A stretch of 24,000 nucleotides of DNA. Origin: Bdellovibrio sp. (lineage in GTDB: Bacteria > Bdellovibrionota > Bdellovibrionia > Bdellovibrionales > Bdellovibrionaceae). Positions 22,089-24,000 of the stretch are shown piece after piece. The notes under the pieces are model-generated. The model searched no databases, was not told where the DNA came from, and saw nothing but the letters and a program-made list of their open reading frames with translations. Position 1 is the first letter of the stretch; each line of letters opens with the position of its first letter. Both the position numbers and the translations under genes were made by a program. The stretch spans positions 616,137 to 640,136 of the forward strand of contig JAKFBS010000001.1 of assembly GCA_036677065.1 (NCBI GenBank), written 5' to 3'.

Positions 22089-22667
22089 GTGAAATCAAAA
22101 ATTAATTCGCATAACGGCGATCAAAAGTTTCCCCAAACCAAATTACACAGTTTGTTAAATGATAATTTACTGATTTGCATTCGTTTGTGGAGTGGCCCAG
22201 AGGCCGAACAAAAAGCCGTTGATGAAATTTCAAGATATCTTTCTGCGGCTGATGCAGACTTAGAAGTGACAACGCCCTTTGATTATATTGAAAGCTTATC
22301 TTCATTATCAAATAAAGTGCGTGTAGCTTTGTTGTTGGCCAACGAAGCCATTTATTTAGATAATAAAGAAAGATATACCCAAGGCTATGAAATCGCGATT
22401 TGTTACAAGCATAACAAAGAAATCAGTATCGGATCGGTGGGCCGTTTTGCATTTACTGCAGAAAAAAAAGATAAAAACTTTACCATATTTGAATCAGGTG
22501 CATTTTTAGATGATTTAGTGTTATTACCCACAGATTTATTGGGCATCGAACGCGAAGTAGATATTAAATGCACTTCGGTTTCTACGCGTGATTTAGAGGC
22601 TATCCAAATTAGCTCAACGTTTGACGAAAACACTTATTGGCAAGCGCATCTTAATCAATTCGATTAG
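22089..22667 (+). CDS. Hypothetical protein, possibly a degenerate PP2C/SpoIIE-fold (pseudo)phosphatase
   Basis: GTG start lies 2 nt after the upstream stop, with GGAG 10 nt upstream. By-eye motif echoes of PP2C: ICIRLWSGPEAEQKAV (vs xxVADGMGGHxxGexAS), ISIGSVGRFAF (vs lxvanVGDSRxY), DDLVLLPTDLLG (vs GDxllLCSDGLt) and FDENTYW (vs DDNiTvv). Most metal-binding Asp positions are substituted. Confidence 0.4.
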   Translation: MKSKINSHNGDQKFPQTKLHSLLNDNLLICIRLWSGPEAEQKAVDEISRYLSAADADLEVTTPFDYIESLSSLSNKVRVALLLANEAIYLDNKERYTQGYEIAICYKHNKEISIGSVGRFAFTAEKKDKNFTIFESGAFLDDLVLLPTDLLGIEREVDIKCTSVSTRDLEAIQISSTFDENTYWQAHLNQFD

Positions 22668-22680
22668 CGTTAACTTAATA

Positions 22681-24000
22681 TTACAAAACAAAAATTGGAT
22701 CGACAAAAATCAATGGATGATACCAAACTTTATTAGGCTGGTATAAACCCCACATGTTTTCTAAAGCCAGATTCCAAATCGCGATTTTAATTTCTTCAAA
22801 ATATTTTTTACGACTTAACTCATAAGTTAGTTTTGCTTTTTCAGGGCTTAAATCAAATAGACTTGCGTGTTTAAACTTTAAATAGTCGACGAATAAACTA
22901 TCATGACAAGATTTTAGCTGTGAAAGGCTTGTTGGTGGTTTGCTGATCAGATTTAAACACCCCGAATAGGCCATATCTAGTTTTGTCAGATCTAATTTGT
23001 CGATCTGTTTATTTTTAAGCTGCTGATTTAACCAGTACAGATAAAGTGGATGGTTTTCAGAAATTTTTAACGAGAAAAATTCAGCAGCAGGTAAAGTGTT
23101 TTTTAAATAATCCCGGGCGATCGTAGAGCCATTGTCTTCAATGGGAGTAATGCTCGTCATAAATAAACGACGGATGCTTGGAATATCCTGCTCGGTATTT
23201 TTTTTGTTGTTAAGGTTAACGACTTCAAAACGGTCGGTCGCTAAATTAAAAATTTCGGTTTCTTCTTTGCGATCTATAACCAGCAATGTCGGACTAATAA
23301 TCGCAAAGTTTAATTGTAAGGGTGATTTGATCCATGTATTAGAGGCTTCAACCAACAGCTGGCGAGTGCCGGCGATGCTGTCAGAGGCCTCACTGTAAAA
23401 TTGACTGAGGTTTAACACTGGAAATCCATCAAGCGTTGAAGGTTCGTCAGACTCGAAGAAATGCTTAAGTGTATAACCTATGTCGGCCAGACTTATGGGG
23501 ATGTCATTCTTCCACGAAATACCTTCATCGCCTTGCATGCGTGGAGGTTTGATTAAAAGTGACACAAGCGTATTTTCAGAATGTAAATTTAAAAAAGCAG
23601 TTTCATTTAGGCGGTTATAATTATTGCTGCCGCGCAAACCTACAACGTAAACGTAAGTTTTATCCCAAATGCCGCGATCTTTTAGTTCAGTGATAAAGTT
23701 AAAGAGTTTTTCGTCTAATCTTTCAAGGTTAGTTGATGTCGTATCAAGTTCATTTAAAGCCTCGATTTCAGAATTGGTAATAACCGCAAAAAATGGGGTT
23801 GAGTCTTCTTTTTGCCAATCTAAAAAGCTTTCTGAAGTGGTTTTGAAATCTTTAATAATTTGGTTTGAATATTGAGCGGCTGCTGAATCGTCGAAGGTAT
23901 CAAAGTATTTCGATAAGCCAGTCTTTTTAAGTACATGCGGGTTGCCAGCGAAAAACCCAGTGCGATAACTTTTGTGATACGCAGCCTCTTGTGCGGTTTT
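22681..24000 (-). CDS. Sulfatase/alkaline-phosphatase-superfamily-like protein with substituted catalytic motif, 5'-truncated by the window edge
   Basis: By manual translation, the minus-strand frame of track ORF 22681..23637 stays open to nt 24000 (...YHKSYRTGFFAGNPHVLKK...STPFFAVITNSEIE...LDEKLFNFITELKDRGIWDKTYVYVVGLRGSNN...VSLLIKPPRM...ISLADIGYTLKHFF). The order of these blocks mirrors sulfatase/LtaS-type domains (PFFl..H.P; D..ig.fi..Lk..g.ydnTiiv.tgDHG; vPlii; s.iDi.PTil). However, DHG is replaced by LRG. Confidence 0.5.
   Translation of the reverse strand, partial: KTAQEAAYHKSYRTGFFAGNPHVLKKTGLSKYFDTFDDSAAAQYSNQIIKDFKTTSESFLDWQKEDSTPFFAVITNSEIEALNELDTTSTNLERLDEKLFNFITELKDRGIWDKTYVYVVGLRGSNNYNRLNETAFLNLHSENTLVSLLIKPPRMQGDEGISWKNDIPISLADIGYTLKHFFESDEPSTLDGFPVLNLSQFYSEASDSIAGTRQLLVEASNTWIKSPLQLNFAIISPTLLVIDRKEETEIFNLATDRFEVVNLNNKKNTEQDIPSIRRLFMTSITPIEDNGSTIARDYLKNTLPAAEFFSLKISENHPLYLYWLNQQLKNKQIDKLDLTKLDMAYSGCLNLISKPPTSLSQLKSCHDSLFVDYLKFKHASLFDLSPEKAKLTYELSRKKYFEEIKIAIWNLALENMWGLYQPNKVWYHPLIFVDPIFVL

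Noticed and set aside
22102-22633. Track ORFs 22102..22311 and 22403..22633 (-)
   Set aside because: They are antisense, inside the operon-coupled 22089..22667 CDS.
15842-22667. Interpreting the FHA operon as a T6SS (Fha/TagH) or T3SS (YscD) fragment
   Set aside because: No T6SS core (TssB/C, Hcp, VgrG) or T3SS genes occur in the window. The only machine component present is a T2SS-F/TadC-type platform protein plus Tad-associated DUF192, so a Tad-like context is more parsimonious.
23132-23875. Track ORFs 23132..23398 and 23669..23875 (+)
   Set aside because: They are antisense to the minus-strand frame, which I translated as open from 24000 down to 22681 and which carries sulfatase-like blocks.
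1-24000. Searched by eye for CRISPR repeat-spacer arrays, tRNA/rRNA genes, transposase/integrase/phage genes and long inverted or direct terminal repeats
   Set aside because: I found none. The only substantial repeat is the tandem gene duplication at 785-2200. There is no evidence of a mobile element or a classical defence island.

Overview
Gene-dense chromosomal window with about 20 credible CDSs. I recognise no rRNA, tRNA, CRISPR array, transposase, integrase or phage genes. The DNA looks AT-rich by eye (not computed). All family calls are by-eye motif recognition without a database search.

Layout:
1. 1-690: 3' part of a 2OG-Fe(II) oxygenase.
2. 785-6073: plus-strand run of five signal-peptide proteins of unrecognised family. 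It opens with a tandemly duplicated pair (167/219 aa identical by hand alignment) carrying a CX5R phosphatase-type P-loop.
3. 6104-10414: minus-strand operon of MFS transporter, rhodanese and valS.
4. 10443-12905: OMP-like beta-barrel candidate, then a ~650-nt ORF-poor spacer with small ORFs and hairpins, then a lipoprotein.
5. 13097-15811: minus-strand division-associated cluster of a maf::yggS fusion, proC and divIVA.
6. 15842-22667: translationally coupled plus-strand operon of a tadC-like gene, DUF192, three FHA-domain membrane proteins (four FHA domains) and a degenerate PP2C-like protein.
7. 22681-24000: minus-strand sulfatase/alkaline-phosphatase-fold-like protein that runs off the window.

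Block 6 is my best candidate for an undescribed system: a phospho-threonine-reading, envelope-spanning accessory module of a Tad-like machine. DivIVA, Tad and FHA-rich content in a Gram-negative background resembles Bdellovibrio-like or myxobacterial predators, but that is inference only.
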